64,000 nt of DNA from Chrysomallon squamiferum (GCA_012295275.1 CM022674.1:17546001-17610000), one strand, 5' to 3'. Positions 27,641 through 41,393 are shown, counted from the stretch's first letter. The notes: generated by a model from the letters alone, not told the origin. A program made the numbers and translations.

Positions 27641-28677
27641 CATACAATATTTATTTAATAGATATAACAGTTTTGTCACCCTGATATAAAGTATCAGACA
27701 TGTTCATACTGACTTATTCCAAAAATAAAATTTTAAGAATTTTTTTTATAGTACTAAGAAAGTACTAAGGAAGAGTTACAGCATTGGTTGCATGTAGAGT
27801 GTTGACGTCACTAATGGACTGATGTCTGTAATTGTTGTCAAACTAATGTTCTATAGGTTTGAGCCATAACTGTTGAATGAATTCTTATTTTGTGTCATAT
27901 TTGTGTTTATGATGTTAACCATTGTGTGAAGTTGACACTGAATGAGAGATGCGCTAAACAATGGAGTTGAAAATCTAATATGTGAGCATGCTGCGATTAA
28001 GAAAAACAAGAAAACATCATACACTGACCTTTAACAGTGAAATCATTTGTAACTGTCATTCAGAAAGATAGAACATCATTCTGTTGTCAGTCTCCACAAC
28101 TTTGTAATTACTTGTCACATTTTCACTCATTATGTTCAGGTATATATTGGTAATATTTTAATTTCTATTGTTTATATAAAATAATTTAGTGCAGTTGACA
28201 AGACTAAGAATACTACTTAGTAAAAATGTTCACGGTATAGCTATATATGTATTGTTTATACAATTTAGTAATAGGTCTGACAAAACTAAGATAGAAACTG
28301 ATTATAATATTATCAATATGATGCCTCACATGAATTTGAATCCTGAACTATCTGAACTGACGTAGCTGAGACAGTTCTGCGTATTTTAAAATTAAACATT
28401 GTTACTCACAGATTATCTTTCTGACTTTCCGTTCTGTTTGCAGACTGATGTTGGTATGTGTTTTCAATTTGAAAAATGTACTAAATGGAAAGTTGATATC
28501 ATGAATCGTAAATTAATCAATTTAATGGCAATGCAGTAATTTTTCTGGACTTTTGTTACAGTGCACTGGTTTTGTCGTTTACAATGGTTTCTGACAACTG
28601 TTCTGTTGATTTTTGTCATATTTACTTGTAATGTTTAGAAAAATGTTGAATAGCGCTAGTAAATCTGTGTGTTTCAG

Positions 28678-28797
28678 TTTGACTACAAAGCAAAGAAGCA
28701 GAACATCTGAGGAACACAGGAACCCAGAGCCAGAACCTGCCCCAGTCAGCCCATCACCAACCCCTAAAAAGATGGAACAGAACAAATCGAAAATGAG
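28678..28797 (+). CDS. STAND-ANK gene: Pro-rich repeated exon, copy 1 (120 nt, phase 2-2)
   Basis: gtttcag acceptor, GAG|gtaaga donor, open: LTTKQRSRTSEEHRNPEPEPAPVSPSPTPKKMEQNKSKM. Confidence 0.65.
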
Positions 28798-28950
28798 GTA
28801 AGACTAATTAATTAGAACTATGTTTTTAGGTAACAGTATTGTGAAATTGTGTTGTCTTCAGTATTTCTAAATAACATGATCAAACACTATTTAAAAAAAT
28901 TAGGATATTTATTTTAAAGCTTTCTGAATATGACTTTCCATCCTGTAAGT

Positions 28951-31900
28951 CAGAGGTGCCCAATACTTCGATCGTGATCGACTGGTCGATGGCCAATGTA
29001 GTGCCGGTAGATGGCACGACATTCAATTGCAAATCAGTTTCATGGTGGCCATAAACATATTCAGTTGTATTGTGGTATAAAGATTCATGCAGTGATGCAA
29101 AGTGCGCCAACATATAATTTGTATATAAATATATTCAGTACATATTTAAAAATGCATCGAAATATGGATCATGTCTGGTAACCAACCCATTTAGAAGTTA
29201 CCAAAAAACAGAACCTGGTAACCTATAGGTTACCACAAATTTATCAAGTTTACGATTCCCATAATTATTGTTGTGAAATCCCTAACACACATGAAAAGAA
29301 CAGTATAATATATTTGTTATTTATCCATATAACTATATATATTGTAAATTGTGTTTTCATTTAATAACTAAACAAGACAATTTAAAAAAGCATGACAATT
29401 TGTGTTGTTTTAATTAGTTTCCATTTTGTAACTGATCAAACAATACTGATACGAACATCTGAATGAGAAACTGGTTTCAGCTAGTATTTTGAGTTGTCCC
29501 TTTCATCAGTGTCTCAAGTATCAACTGTTCCACTTCGAGCATCATTCAAGACCTCTGAATCTGATGTTATTGCAAGAAAGTACTCTACACACATTAGTTC
29601 ATAGCACGTTATTTTTATCACATCTGAAGAGGGCACAGGTAAATCAGTATGTGTCTTTTAGTCTGACAACGAGTCTACAATCAGGTTGTCTATTGTACAA
29701 AATGCGGATCTTTTTTCTTCGTTTTTTATGATCTGTATATAGTGAAACAGCTTTGTAAGTTTTTGTTCATGTGAAGTGTCATAGCTTATAAGTGCAGGCA
29801 GGTAAACTCTAATCACCAGCAAATCATCCAGTGTGGAATTGGACATGTTCAACCTGGTATTTGTCAACTGCCGACTGAGAGCGCTTATGCCCCTCTCAAC
29901 ACTTGCACTAGCAAGTGCAACCGTCAAGATGATTTTAATGATAAGAAGAATGCGTGGATATTCAGTGATGCTGTCTGAATATTTGACACCACATGCCTTG
30001 TTTACTTTGGAATTGAATGAATTTGTTTGCCACAAGTTCCTTTATACCCCTCCATTCAGCAACAACCATTCAGCTAAATATTTAAATAAGTTTAATTTGC
30101 TCCAAGCCATATTTTTGATCAGATATATCCCACTGAGTCTGATTAGCTATTTTCATTGCCTTGAAGATAGGGTGATTGAAAGAATGCATTTGTTTAATCA
30201 GCTGTGTTGAAATTGCTGGGATCTGATTTGTTCTTATATATTTCACAGACTCTTATCCCTGGTGAACATGGTTCAGAACAAACTTTTCTTTTATTGTACT
30301 AACAACTTTCTCAGTTTGTTGTTTTTTGCTTGTTACTCAACTGATTGTCTTGTTTGAATCTTAAACTTGCTGTAAGGTTGGAATCCTCTGCTTTAAAGGT
30401 TGCCACGTGACCATCTTCGATCAGAGTAAATGGCAATGGCAGATCACTATCATCAGCAGCAAGTGTACTGAGTTTATCTACAGTTCCTTTGATTGTGTCA
30501 ATAACATCTGCGATTAATGGAGTTCAAATGTGCAGCATGTGACAAATGGACAGTTTGTTTCAGATGAGTCTGTAGAGATGCATAGATAGAACATACCTAT
30601 AACCTATTTTCCGCAAATCAACATAGAGGTAGAACATTTATGATCATAGATTTGATGGCCCTGTATTAATGAATTTGAAATCCTGTACCAGAAGGTTTCG
30701 GTATACGCCGGACTAGAACCGGTAACCGCTGAGCAATAAGTAGCAATATTCTGCAACACTTGCCACTATTCTTGATTCAATATCAAGTCATCCAATATTG
30801 CAAAGTCAACAATTTCAGCAAATGCATCTTTGACAGCCAGTTCAATTCTGTGTGCAGAGCAATGAATTATTAGCACCCATTCACTGCCTTCAGTTTTCAT
30901 TACAGTTAGAGCTCCAATCAATATACCAACATTAAATTTTGCTCCTTCTGTACAAGAACAAAGAAGACATTTTGTGTATTTTTCAGCAATAACGTCAGAT
31001 CGTTGAAATCATCATCTATAGCACGTTTCAGTTACTCCATAGAAATTAATAATTTGTTGACATTTAAATAATAGTTTAACAGGGTGGCCCCTCACTACAA
31101 TCTTCACATAAATTACATTTTTTATATCTCTAGTTTTGCGAGCTTCTGTGCTCTCTTGTTCAACTGACATCAAGTGTGCACCTTGTATCATCTGTTTGAT
31201 ATCATCCCTCATTGCTTGGGCAAAAAAATATTGAACAAAATCTCAAACATGACTGGTCATTGTCCTTCTCACTTACAAACTGCACCCCATACTTCTTCAG
31301 TAAGGGAATCAGGGACCGGTAGTCAGACATAGGTCTCTCCTGCATAACCAACCACAATGTGTATTGCAATGATTCTTATATTGTTCTTTACTGGTTTCTT
31401 CAAATAATTTTCCAGTGGAATTAGAACATGTAACGTTACGATTTACTTTCATACTATCAGAAGCTGAATTTGTTTGAGAATATGAACTGTTTTGTGAAAA
31501 TTTCTTTTTTGCCCAGTCGTGAAGACTACCTGTTTTCAGCTGCCTTTGCACGTTTGATTTGTATGTGTAGCCTGTGACGCAATCGATGTAGGCAAATAAT
31601 CCTTCAAGCGACTTACAAGTTACACGTATTAACTTGGCTTCATTTCTTACTGCCGTTTTTTTTTTGAGTACAACTTTTGCATTGTAGTTTTGATATTTTT
31701 TTTTAATTCTTTTCATTTACTTCGAACTAAAAGTCAATTGAAAAATTCCATTTTTTAAAGTTTACACGTGAATGGATTCTATTTTAATTAAATTGGTGCC
31801 CGGTAATGCTACGTTTAAATTCAGTACTGCTGCAAACGAAGTGACGTCACACTATGGACCGACGTCACTAAACATGTGACGTCACACCGTGGACGCATCC

Positions 31901-32722
31901 AAAAAATGGAAGCATTATAAATCGCTGGGCGCCAACTTTGGTGGAATTTCACACGAGAAAAAAACAAACAAAAAAACAAACAAAAAAAAACCCAACATAA
32001 TTCCGGAATCAATCGCCACGATGTTTTTCGGAAAAAGATTAATAAAAGACATTAGCCATTCATTGAAGGATTATTTGATTTGTGTGTGTAGCCTTTGAAG
32101 CCATCGATATAGGCAAGTACTCCGTCAAGCAACTTACAAGTTATACGTCTTCACTTGGCTTCATTTCTTACTGCCGTTTTGTTTTCAGTACAACTTTTGC
32201 ATTGTAGTTTTGATATATATATATATATTTTTTTTTCATTTACTTGGAAAAATCGCATTTTTTAAACGTTTAAACGTGAATGAATTCCATTTTAATAAAA
32301 CTGGTGCCCGGTAATGCTACGTTTAAATTCAATACTGTTGCAAACTAAGTAACGTCACACTATGGACCGACCGTCACTAAACATGTGACGTCAAACCGTG
32401 GATGCATCTAAAAAATGGAAGCATTATAAATCGCTGGGCGCTAACTTTGGTGGAATTTGAAACGAGAAAAATAAAATAAAAACGACACAATTCTGGAATC
32501 AATCGCCACGTTGTTTTTCGCCAAAAGATTCAGAAAACAAATCAGCCATTCGTTGAAGGATTATTGATACGTGGAAACATCCCCCTAACCTGATCGAGCG
32601 TTCTCAATTTATTTCGATGCCTGTTTATATAAAAATATTTAGTATTTTTTAATACAAGTAGATCATTTTGACCAGGTTATTTTAAAAGTAGCTCGCAAGC
32701 TCAAAAGGGGTGAGCACTCGTG
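28951..32722 (-). mobile_element. Composite hAT insertion, copy A: short outer hAT element containing a decayed ZNF862-like hAT transposase element (about 29151-32623)
   Basis: Outer ends cagaggtgcccaa and tgagcactcgtg; 8-bp flanks ctgtaagt and ctatatgc, versus a single ctgtatgc at the empty site in sister units; hAT dimerisation motif ASVERGISALSRQLTNTRLNMSNSTLDDLLVI; internal duplication of about 500 bp (31565-32570). Confidence 0.88.
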
Positions 32723-32965
32723 CTATATGCAGACTGATGTTTGTATGTGTTTTCAGTTTGAAAAATGCACGAAATGGAAAGTTGATATCATGAAACCTAA
32801 ATTGATCAATTAATGGCAATACACTAATTTTGATGGACTTTTGTTAAAGTGATCTGGTTTTGATATTTTCAATGATTTCTGACAACTGTTCTGTTGATTT
32901 TTGTCATGTTTATTTGTAATGTTTCAAAAAATGTGGAATAGCACTAGTAAATCTGTGTGTTTCAG

Positions 32966-33085
32966 TTTGACTACAAAGCAAACCAGGAGATCAGCTGACA
33001 AACACAGGAACCCAGAGCCAGAACCTGCCCCAGTCAGCGCATCACCAACCCCGGAAAAGAGTGAAAAGAACAAATCCAAAATAAT
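32966..33085 (+). CDS. STAND-ANK gene: Pro-rich repeated exon, copy 2 (120 nt, phase 2-2)
   Basis: Intact AG and gtaaga; open: LTTKQTRRSADKHRNPEPEPAPVSASPTPEKSEKNKSKI. Confidence 0.6.
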
Positions 33086-33440
33086 GTAAGACTAATCAAT
33101 TTGAACTACCTTTTTACATAACAGTATTGTGAAATTGTGTTTTCCTGAGTATTTCTAAATAACATGATGAAACACCTCTGTTTAAAATACTAGGACATTT
33201 ATTTAAGCCTTTTTTATATGACTTTCCGTTCTGTATGCAGAGTGATGTTGGTATGTGTTTTCAGTTTGAAAAACGCACTACAATTTAATGGCAATGCAGT
33301 AATTTTCACGACCTTTTGTTAGAGTGCACTTGTTTAGTCATTTACAGTGATTTTTGACAACCGTTCTGTTGATTTTTGTCCTGTATGTTTGTAATGTTTA
33401 GATAAAATTGCAATAGCACTAGTAAATCTGTGTGTTTCAG

Positions 33441-33566
33441 GTTGACTATGTCTACTCGACAAAGCAGCAGAACAGTTGAGAAACACAGGAACCCAGAGCC
33501 AGAACCTGCCCCAGTCAGCCCATCACCAACCCCTAAAAAGATGGAAGAGAACAAATCCAAAATGAG
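33441..33566 (+). CDS. STAND-ANK gene: Pro-rich repeated exon, copy 3 (126 nt, phase 2-2)
   Basis: Intact AG and gtaaga; open: LTMSTRQSSRTVEKHRNPEPEPAPVSPSPTPKKMEENKSKM. Confidence 0.65.
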
Positions 33567-33955
33567 GTAAGACTAACTAATTAGAACTACATTTTTACCT
33601 AACAGTATTGTGAAATTGTGTTTCCCTGAGTATTTCTAAATAACATGATCAAACACCTCTGTTTAAAATACTAGGATATTTATTTAAGCCTTTTTTATAT
33701 GACTATCCGTTCAGTATGCAGACTGATGTTCGTATGTGTGTTCAGTTTGAAAAATGCACTACATGGAAAGTTGATATCATGAATCATAAATTAATCAATT
33801 TAATGGCAATGCAGTAATTTTCATGGAGTTTTGTTCGAGTGCACTGGTTTAGTAATTTAATGTGTTTTCTGAGGACTGTTCTGTTGATTTTTGTCATGTA
33901 TGTTTGTAATGTTTAGGAAAATGTGGAATAGCACTAGTAAATCTGTGTGTTTCAG

Positions 33956-34081
33956 GTTGACTATGTCTACTCAACAAAGCAGCAGAACAGCTGAGAAACA
34001 CAGGAACCCAGAGCCAGAACCTGCCCCAGTCAGCCCATCACCACCCCCTAAAAAGATGAAAAAGAACAAATCCAAAATGAG
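33956..34081 (+). CDS. STAND-ANK gene: Pro-rich repeated exon, copy 4 (126 nt, phase 2-2)
   Basis: Intact AG and gtaaga; open: LTMSTQQSSRTAEKHRNPEPEPAPVSPSPPPKKMKKNKSKM. Confidence 0.65.
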
Positions 34082-34233
34082 GTAAGACTAATTAATTAGA
34101 ACTGTGTTTTTAGGTAACAGTATTGTGAAATTGTGCTTACCTGAGTATTTCTAAAAAACATGGTCAAACACTATTTTAAAAAAATTAGGAGATTTATTTT
34201 AGCCTTTTTCATATGACTTTCCATTTTGTAAGC

Positions 34234-37206
34234 CAGAAGTGTCCAATACTTCGATCGTGATCGACTGGTCGATAGCCAAAGTAGTTCGGGTAGATTGCAC
34301 AGCATTCACTGCAAGTCATCAAAGTGACTATAAACATATTCAGTTGTATTGTGCTGTAACGATTCATTTAGTGATGTAAAACAGTGCGCCAATATATAAT
34401 TTATAAAAAGGCATAATTATATTCAGTAACATCTTTAAAAAGGCATCGGACGTCGTAATCAGGATCAAACAATGTCTGTTAACCAACCAATATTGTTGAA
34501 ATCCCGTTATACATGAACAGGACCTGGTTAATGCATATCAGGTTCTCATTGTATTTGGACTATTTTTTATATATATATAAGTTTACGATTCCCATTATTA
34601 TTTGTTTGTTGTTTTCCTTAACCTAAGACATACATGATGAATCTGAATGACAACTTGTTTCAGTTAGTATTATGAGTCTGACAATTTAGTTTCACATCAG
34701 GTTGTCTGATGTATTGCTAGATGCTCTACACTTAGTTCATTGCATTATTTTTTTTGTCATGTTTTTGTATACAATGGAAACAGTTTGTCTGCTGGTCTGT
34801 TTTTTAATCATCTGTATATGAAAACAGCAATCTGTACAATAAAACAGGCAGGTTAACTCTAATCACCAATTCATCCAGTGTGAATTTTGTTCAACCTGGT
34901 TTTGTCAACTGCCGAATGAGAGCGCATATGCCCCTCTCAACACTTGCACTAGCAATAGCAACCGCCAAGATGATTTAAATGATCAAAAAAATGTGTGGAT
35001 ATTCAGAGTGATGATGTCTGAATATTTGACACCACTTGCCTTGTTTACTTTTGAAGTGGATGAATTTGTCCACCACAAGATTATTTAAACCCCTCCATTC
35101 AGCAACAACCATGTATATAGGAACGTTGTGGTCAGCAAGGCAGGTTTCAGCAAAATGTTTAGATAAATTTAATTTGTTCCAAGCCATATTTTGGATCAGA
35201 TATATCCCACTGAGTGTGATCAGCTATTTTCATTGCCCTGAAGATAGGGTCATTGAAAGAATACATTTGTTTAATCAACTGTGTTGAAATTGTGGGATCA
35301 ATTTTGTTCTTATATGTTTCACAGTCTCTCGTCCCTGGTGACCATGGTTCAGAACAAACTTTTCTTTTATTGTAGTAACAACTTTTTCAGTTTGTTGTTT
35401 TTTGCTTGATATTCAACTGATTGTCTTGTTTGAATCTTAGACTTGCTGTAAGGTTGTTAGCCTCTGTTTAATGGTTTTCTTGTAACCATCTTCGTTCAGA
35501 GTAACTGGAAATGGCAGATCACTATCATCAGCAGCAAGTGTACTGAGTTCATCTACAGTTGATTTTATTGTTTCAATAACATCTGTGGTTAATGGAGTTG
35601 CATTCTGAGCAGCATGTGACAAATGGGCAGTTTGTTTCAGAGTGAGTCTGTAGAGATGCATAGATGCCACATACCAATAACTCAGCCATGTGTTAAGGAA
35701 CCCCTTTAGTGTAGCGTTTTGGTCTGCTTTGCAAACTTTGTTTGAAGCCTGTATCATATTTTCCGCAAATAAACATAGAGGCAGAAAGTTTATGATCATA
35801 GATTTGATGGTCCTGTATTGATGAATTTGAAATCGTGTACCAGAAGCTTTCGGTATACGTTGGACTAGAACAGCTAACCGCTTGGCAATAAGTAGCAATA
35901 TTCTCCAACACTTGCCACTGTTCTTGATTCAACATCATGTCATCCACTTTTGCAAAGTCACCAATTTCAGCAAATGCATCTTTGACAGCCCCTTCAATTC
36001 TGTGTGCAGAGCAATGAATTATTAGCAACCATTCCCTCCCTTCAGTTTTCATTACAGTTAGAGCACCAATCAATTTACCAACATTAACTTTTGCTCCATC
36101 TGCACAAGAACAAATAAGAGATTTTTGTGTATTTTTTACTAGTAATGTCAAATCATGGAAATCATCATCTATAGCATGTTTGATTCTGTCTGAAGTTACT
36201 CCACCGAAATTAATCATTTTTTTGACATTTAAGTAATAGGTTAACAGGCTGGACCTTCACTACAATCTTCACATAACATTAATTATTTTTTTCTCTTGTT
36301 TTGCGAGCTTCTGTGCTATCTTGTTCAACTGACATAAAGTTGGCACATTGTGTCATTGTTTGATATCCTCTCATTGCTTCGGCAGAAAAGGAACAAAATC
36401 CCAAACATGATTTGTCTTCTTCCGACTTAGTAAGGCACCCTCTTCTTCAGTCAGGGACCGGTATTCAGACATATGCCTCTCCTGCATAACCAACCACAAT
36501 GCTGTATTGCAATCATTCTTATATTGTTCTTTACTGGATTTTTCAAATAATTTTCCAATGGAATTAGAACATGTAACGTTACGATTTACTTTCATACAAT
36601 CAGAAGCTGAATTTGTTTGAGAATCTGAACTGTTTTGTGAACATTTAATTGTTTTGCCCAGTCGTGTAGGCTACCTGTTTTCACATTTTTGTGTGTGTAA
36701 TTATAACAAGTTTGCAGTCGTTTTTAAGGCTTTCTTACCTGTTTTTAACATCGAACCAAAAGTCATTGGAAAAATCGCATTTTTAAACATTTCCACATTT
36801 TCCATTTTAATTAAACTGGTGCCCGGTAACGCTACGTTTAAATTCAATACTGTTGCAAACTAAGTAACGTCATGCTGTGGACCGACCTTCACTGAACATG
36901 TGACGTCACACCATGGATGCATCTAAAAAAAAAATGAAGCATAAAAATCGCTCGGAATTTCGGAAAAAGAATAAAACAAGAACAATTCTGGAATCAATTG
37001 ATGTTTTTCGCCAAAAGTTTCAGAAAAGAAATTAGCAATTCATTGAAGGATTATTGATACGTGGTAACCTCCCGGTAACCTGAACCAGCGTTTTCAATTT
37101 ATTTCGATGCCTGTTTAAATACAAATATTTAGTATTTTCTAATACAGGTAGATCATTTTGACCAGGTTATTTTAAAAGTAGCTCGCAAAAAATGTGAGCA
37201 CCCCTG
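34234..37206 (-). mobile_element. Composite hAT insertion, copy B (inner transposase element about 34440-37113)
   Basis: Ends cagaagtgtccaa and tgagcacccctg; flanks ttgtaagc and ctgtatgc; frameshifted transposase with DGAKVNVGK..G and HCSAHRIE..VKDA (hAT CxxH) motifs in ORF 35693-36217. Confidence 0.9.
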
Positions 37207-37451
37207 CTGTATGCAGACTGATGTTTGTATGTGTTTTCAGTTTGAAAAATGTACTAAATGGAAAGCTGATATCATTAACCCTAAGTTAATCAATTTAATG
37301 GCAAAGCAGTAATTTTCATGGACTTTTGTTAAAGTGCACTGGTGTTCTCATTTACAATGATTTCTGACAACTGTTCTGTTGATTTTGTCATGTATATTTG
37401 TAATGTTCATAAAACAAATTGTAATAGCACTAGTAAATCTGTGTGTTTCAG

Positions 37452-37577
37452 GTTGACTGTGTCTACTCGACAAAGCAGCAGAACAGCTGAGAAACACAGG
37501 AACCCAGAGCCAGAACCTGCCCCAGTCAGCGCATCACCAACCCCTAAAAAGATGAAACTGAACAAATCGAAAATAAG
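37452..37577 (+). CDS. STAND-ANK gene: Pro-rich repeated exon, copy 5 (126 nt, phase 2-2)
   Basis: Intact AG and gtaaga; open; phase matches the next exon at 38129. Confidence 0.7.
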
Positions 37578-38128
37578 GTAAGACTAATTAATTAGAATTG
37601 TATTTTTAGGTAACAGTATTGTGAAATTGTGTTTTCCTGAGTATTTCTAAATAACATGGTCAAATACCTCTATTTAAAAAATCAGGAGATTTATTTTAGC
37701 CTTTTTCCATATCACTTTCCATTTGATTAATTTAAAAAAATATTCCAGGCATTTATTTATAGAACATAAATTGAGAATACAGTCTATGAGTCAATGCTAG
37801 TATTAATACAAGGTACTAGAATTAGGTATCTAGTAAAGTGCGCAAGTTGTGTTAGATATTTGGATCAGTGCCTGCTGATTGAATCTTGAGCCGTTTTCAT
37901 TTTAGCAGTGCTCAACACATGATGTATGAAATAGTTTGTACTGTCTGTGGGTAGGTATAAATTAAACATCACTTGTTGTTAATAAGACAGAAGTGACTGC
38001 AGTGGGTTAGTTGTTTTGTTGTCTAACTGTTCCTAAATATTTTGTCTGACCTATATAACAGTAAATAAAATAATAAAACATTTCATTTCTTCCTTCTATA
38101 TAAAAGGTCATTATATTACTTTTTACAG

Positions 38129-38490
38129 GTCAGCCAATATGGATGACAAAAATGAGAGTTCAGAAGTTTCTTCTAACACAACAGCTGTTTCTTCTGGAGA
38201 GACTGTGACAGCTGTTTCTTCTACAGAGACTGTGACAGCTGTTTCTTCTGCAGAGACTGTGACAGCTGTTTCTTCTGCAGATATTGTGACAGCTGTTTCT
38301 TCTGTGGAGACTGTGACAGCTGTTTCTTCTACAGAGACTGTGACAGCTGCTTCTTCTGTGGAGACTCTGACAGCTGTGTCTCTCTTAGACCATACGACAA
38401 GTGTGTCTCACTCTGGCATCACATCTCATTCTTCCTTTGACATCAGACACACTGAGCATCATTTACAACTATCTGTGTCAAGCAGTCGTG
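38129..38490 (+). CDS. STAND-ANK gene: Ser/Thr-rich exon with a 27-bp coding repeat (ETVTAVSSx, about 7 copies), phase 2-1
   Basis: tttttacag acceptor ending 38128, donor GTG|gtaaca at 38491; in frame with ORF 38139-38534. Confidence 0.75.
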
Positions 38491-38968
38491 GTAACACACA
38501 GTATTTCATTGTAGTGTTTACTTTTTTAATATAATATTTCAATATATTATTTATGTTATTGATGGTAAATTCTAAACTGATAAATGTAGTATTTACATTT
38601 GTATCAATACACTGTTTCAATGTATTGTTTAGTTACTTCTTAGGCATTAGTAATTTGACACTTTTAAAAGTTATACTGATAATGAATTAATGTTATTGTT
38701 TTTTGTGGCCTTTTTGTTTAACAGATTAAAACAGTAAAGCAAAATACACTCAAGTTACTGTTTTGTTACTTCATCATGACCATTCTAATTAATCTTGTAT
38801 TGACTGTTAAACATTTTAATACTTTAAAGTAATACTTATTTCATAGCATCTGCACATAATCAGTGAAAAACATTTTAAAATAATATATTGTTATATGCAA
38901 TAATACTGTTAATAGATTGTATTAATACTGTATGCTTTCCTCAAAAAGGTATTTACTCTGTTTCACAG

Positions 38969-39037
38969 GTATTCAAATAAATCTACTTGCAAGTCAATGT
39001 GAAAATGTTCAAATAGGAAACAAAAACAAGTTAATTA
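38969..39037 (+). CDS. STAND-ANK gene: 69-nt exon encoding a RHIM-like motif (GIQINLLASQCENVQIGNKNKLI), phase 1-1
   Basis: tgtttcacag acceptor ending 38968, donor gtaagt at 39038; VQIG at 39007-39018 followed by x-x-N-x-L, as in RIPK1 (IQIGAYNYM) and RIPK3 (VQVGDNNYL). Confidence 0.8.
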
Positions 39038-39428
39038 GTAAGTTGAAAACTAAAAGTTTTCTTTTTCTGTACATGTTTAATATATAAGAGAATACAGATT
39101 AGTGCTTTTCTCTCAGACACTGTTAAATGAAGAACATCCACACATGTGACCCACTTTCGCTAAAGGAGACAAATCTATTTTTTTCTGAGATATGAATATA
39201 TTTGGCATTCACATACAATATCATTTCCAATGTATCATGCATGTATTTTGATGTTGTAGCAGTTTCTAATATTGATGTCACCATGATATCACAAAAAAAA
39301 CATTTAGGAAAAGAATGTACACACACATAAGCAGCATGCAATAGAATACCCAACCAATATTTTGCTGAAACATTCAGGAATTTTATATTGTAGAATTAAG
39401 AAGTAAATGTACATTGAGATGGTAATGT

Positions 39429-39483
<55 letters not shown>

Positions 39484-40004
39484 ATGTGTGTATATGTATG
39501 TATATGTATATATGTGTGTGTATATATATATGTGTGTGTGTGTATTTGTGAAATTGATGGAAGTTTTATCCTGTTTTGGTGCACATGATCTTACTGGATA
39601 TAAAATAAAACAGCAGTGAACTACACAAGTAAAACTACTCAAGTAGATTGATTAACAGACAAGCTGCATAACATAGCTCACTCAGTAATTGTTTAGAAGT
39701 CATTTTACTGCAGTGCTGACCTCTAGCAACTACATAGTTAAATTTTACCATAACAAAATTACTTCTTTTTCTTTAAATGAAACACTGACTAAATTTCTTG
39801 AACCTATTAATGTTGCCCAGAATACAAAGCCCACCTGTCATGTGTGACCTACCTCAACCAATAACCAGTACACTATCCAAGGAGTCTGTGATCTGCTATT
39901 TTCTGCAGTTAAACATTTTTTCTCACCTTTGCTTTTAGAAACTGGTTCTAAAATTGTCATTTTCCTTATCTTATATAAATGTGTATGTTTTAGCAATAGC
40001 TGGT

Positions 40005-40050
<46 letters not shown>

Positions 40051-40151
40051 GACACTTTTTTGATACTGTATGCTCTTCATGTAGCTACATACAGTTTTAG
40101 AAATAACACTTATAGGCTGTGAGTTTAAATAATTTATTTTTCTGTTTGCAG

Positions 40152-40250
40152 CAAAAGGAGCAGTGGTAGAACAAGATGTAAATATGAAAACAGATAAAAA
40201 TCTATCAAGTAACAGAAGTAGTGTATCAGGAGATGAAGCTGTGAAAACCA
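40152..40250 (+). CDS. STAND-ANK gene: 99-nt linker exon, phase 1-1
   Basis: tttctgtttgcag acceptor, gtaagt donor at 40251; open: TKGAVVEQDVNMKTDKNLSSNRSSVSGDEAVKT. Confidence 0.78.
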
Positions 40251-41181
40251 GTAAGTTAAAAAACAAAACTTACTTAATAGATAACAGAAATATATGTTAC
40301 ATTAATCGGTAGTATTTTACCATCTAACAGTATAACCAACACATACAAACACACATATAATACATACATACATACATGCCTACCCACCAAGAGTGCACAA
40401 ATTGTGTGAGCGACAACTTAGTTCACATGATTTGAGTACAAAATTTTGTGCTATGCTGAATGATAGATTACTCATGGATATAATTAAACTGCCATTCATC
40501 ACATCAACAACATTGGCCTGAGTGACTAAGATATATCTCACTTTAGAAATGTTCTATTATGAGACAAATAATATTTAATTGACAAGTCAAAAACAGAAAC
40601 TTTTGTTTTGCCTGCCTGTTTATTAGAATATGCATCAAAATACTCATTAGTATATATATATATAAACGCAAAAAGTCACGAACACACAGATGCAGACATT
40701 TAATATAAAGAATTTTACACATTTTTTAAAACATTGTTTTATTCAATAATAACAAATGACACATATTATTCATACTGTGTGCAGTGTATGATCTACATGT
40801 GGATCTGAGAAATGACGCTTGTAAGTTGTGAAATTGAACAATTTAATCATGAAGCAATCAGATTCCATATGGAAAATGTTATGACACATGTTAATGCTGG
40901 CCAATGAGTAATTTAAAAATTTCACAAATCTGTGAGATTCAAAGCTGCGTTCCTAACACTCGTTGGACAGTTTGAAGAAACTGAAGTCATGGACTACCTA
41001 GGAGAGCTTGTAATTTGGAACTAAATGTTTGAAGTTTATGATTTGTTAATCTTTGTAAAATAATAATTAGAATAACAACAATAATAACAAATGTTACGCC
41101 AGCGCAGTTTTGTTGGCGCATTTTGACATTTGTGCTTATGACATCCCACCCAAACACACACACACACACAGACAGACAGAC

Positions 41182-41223
<42 letters not shown>

Positions 41224-41351
41224 TATAAGTATCATCAATCTTATCTAGATTTTCTTATTAAGAGAATTCTGCATAAATTAAACAAGCCAACACATCTGCC
41301 ATTATTATAACTTGCAACTACTGAAAATCAGTAAAGAACATGATGATGATG

Positions 41352-41393
<42 letters not shown>

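Noticed and set aside
40655-41120. Possible non-autonomous Tc1-like element in a STAND gene intron
   Set aside because: A TA-flanked end is suggestive, but no matching TIR or coding remnant could be shown.
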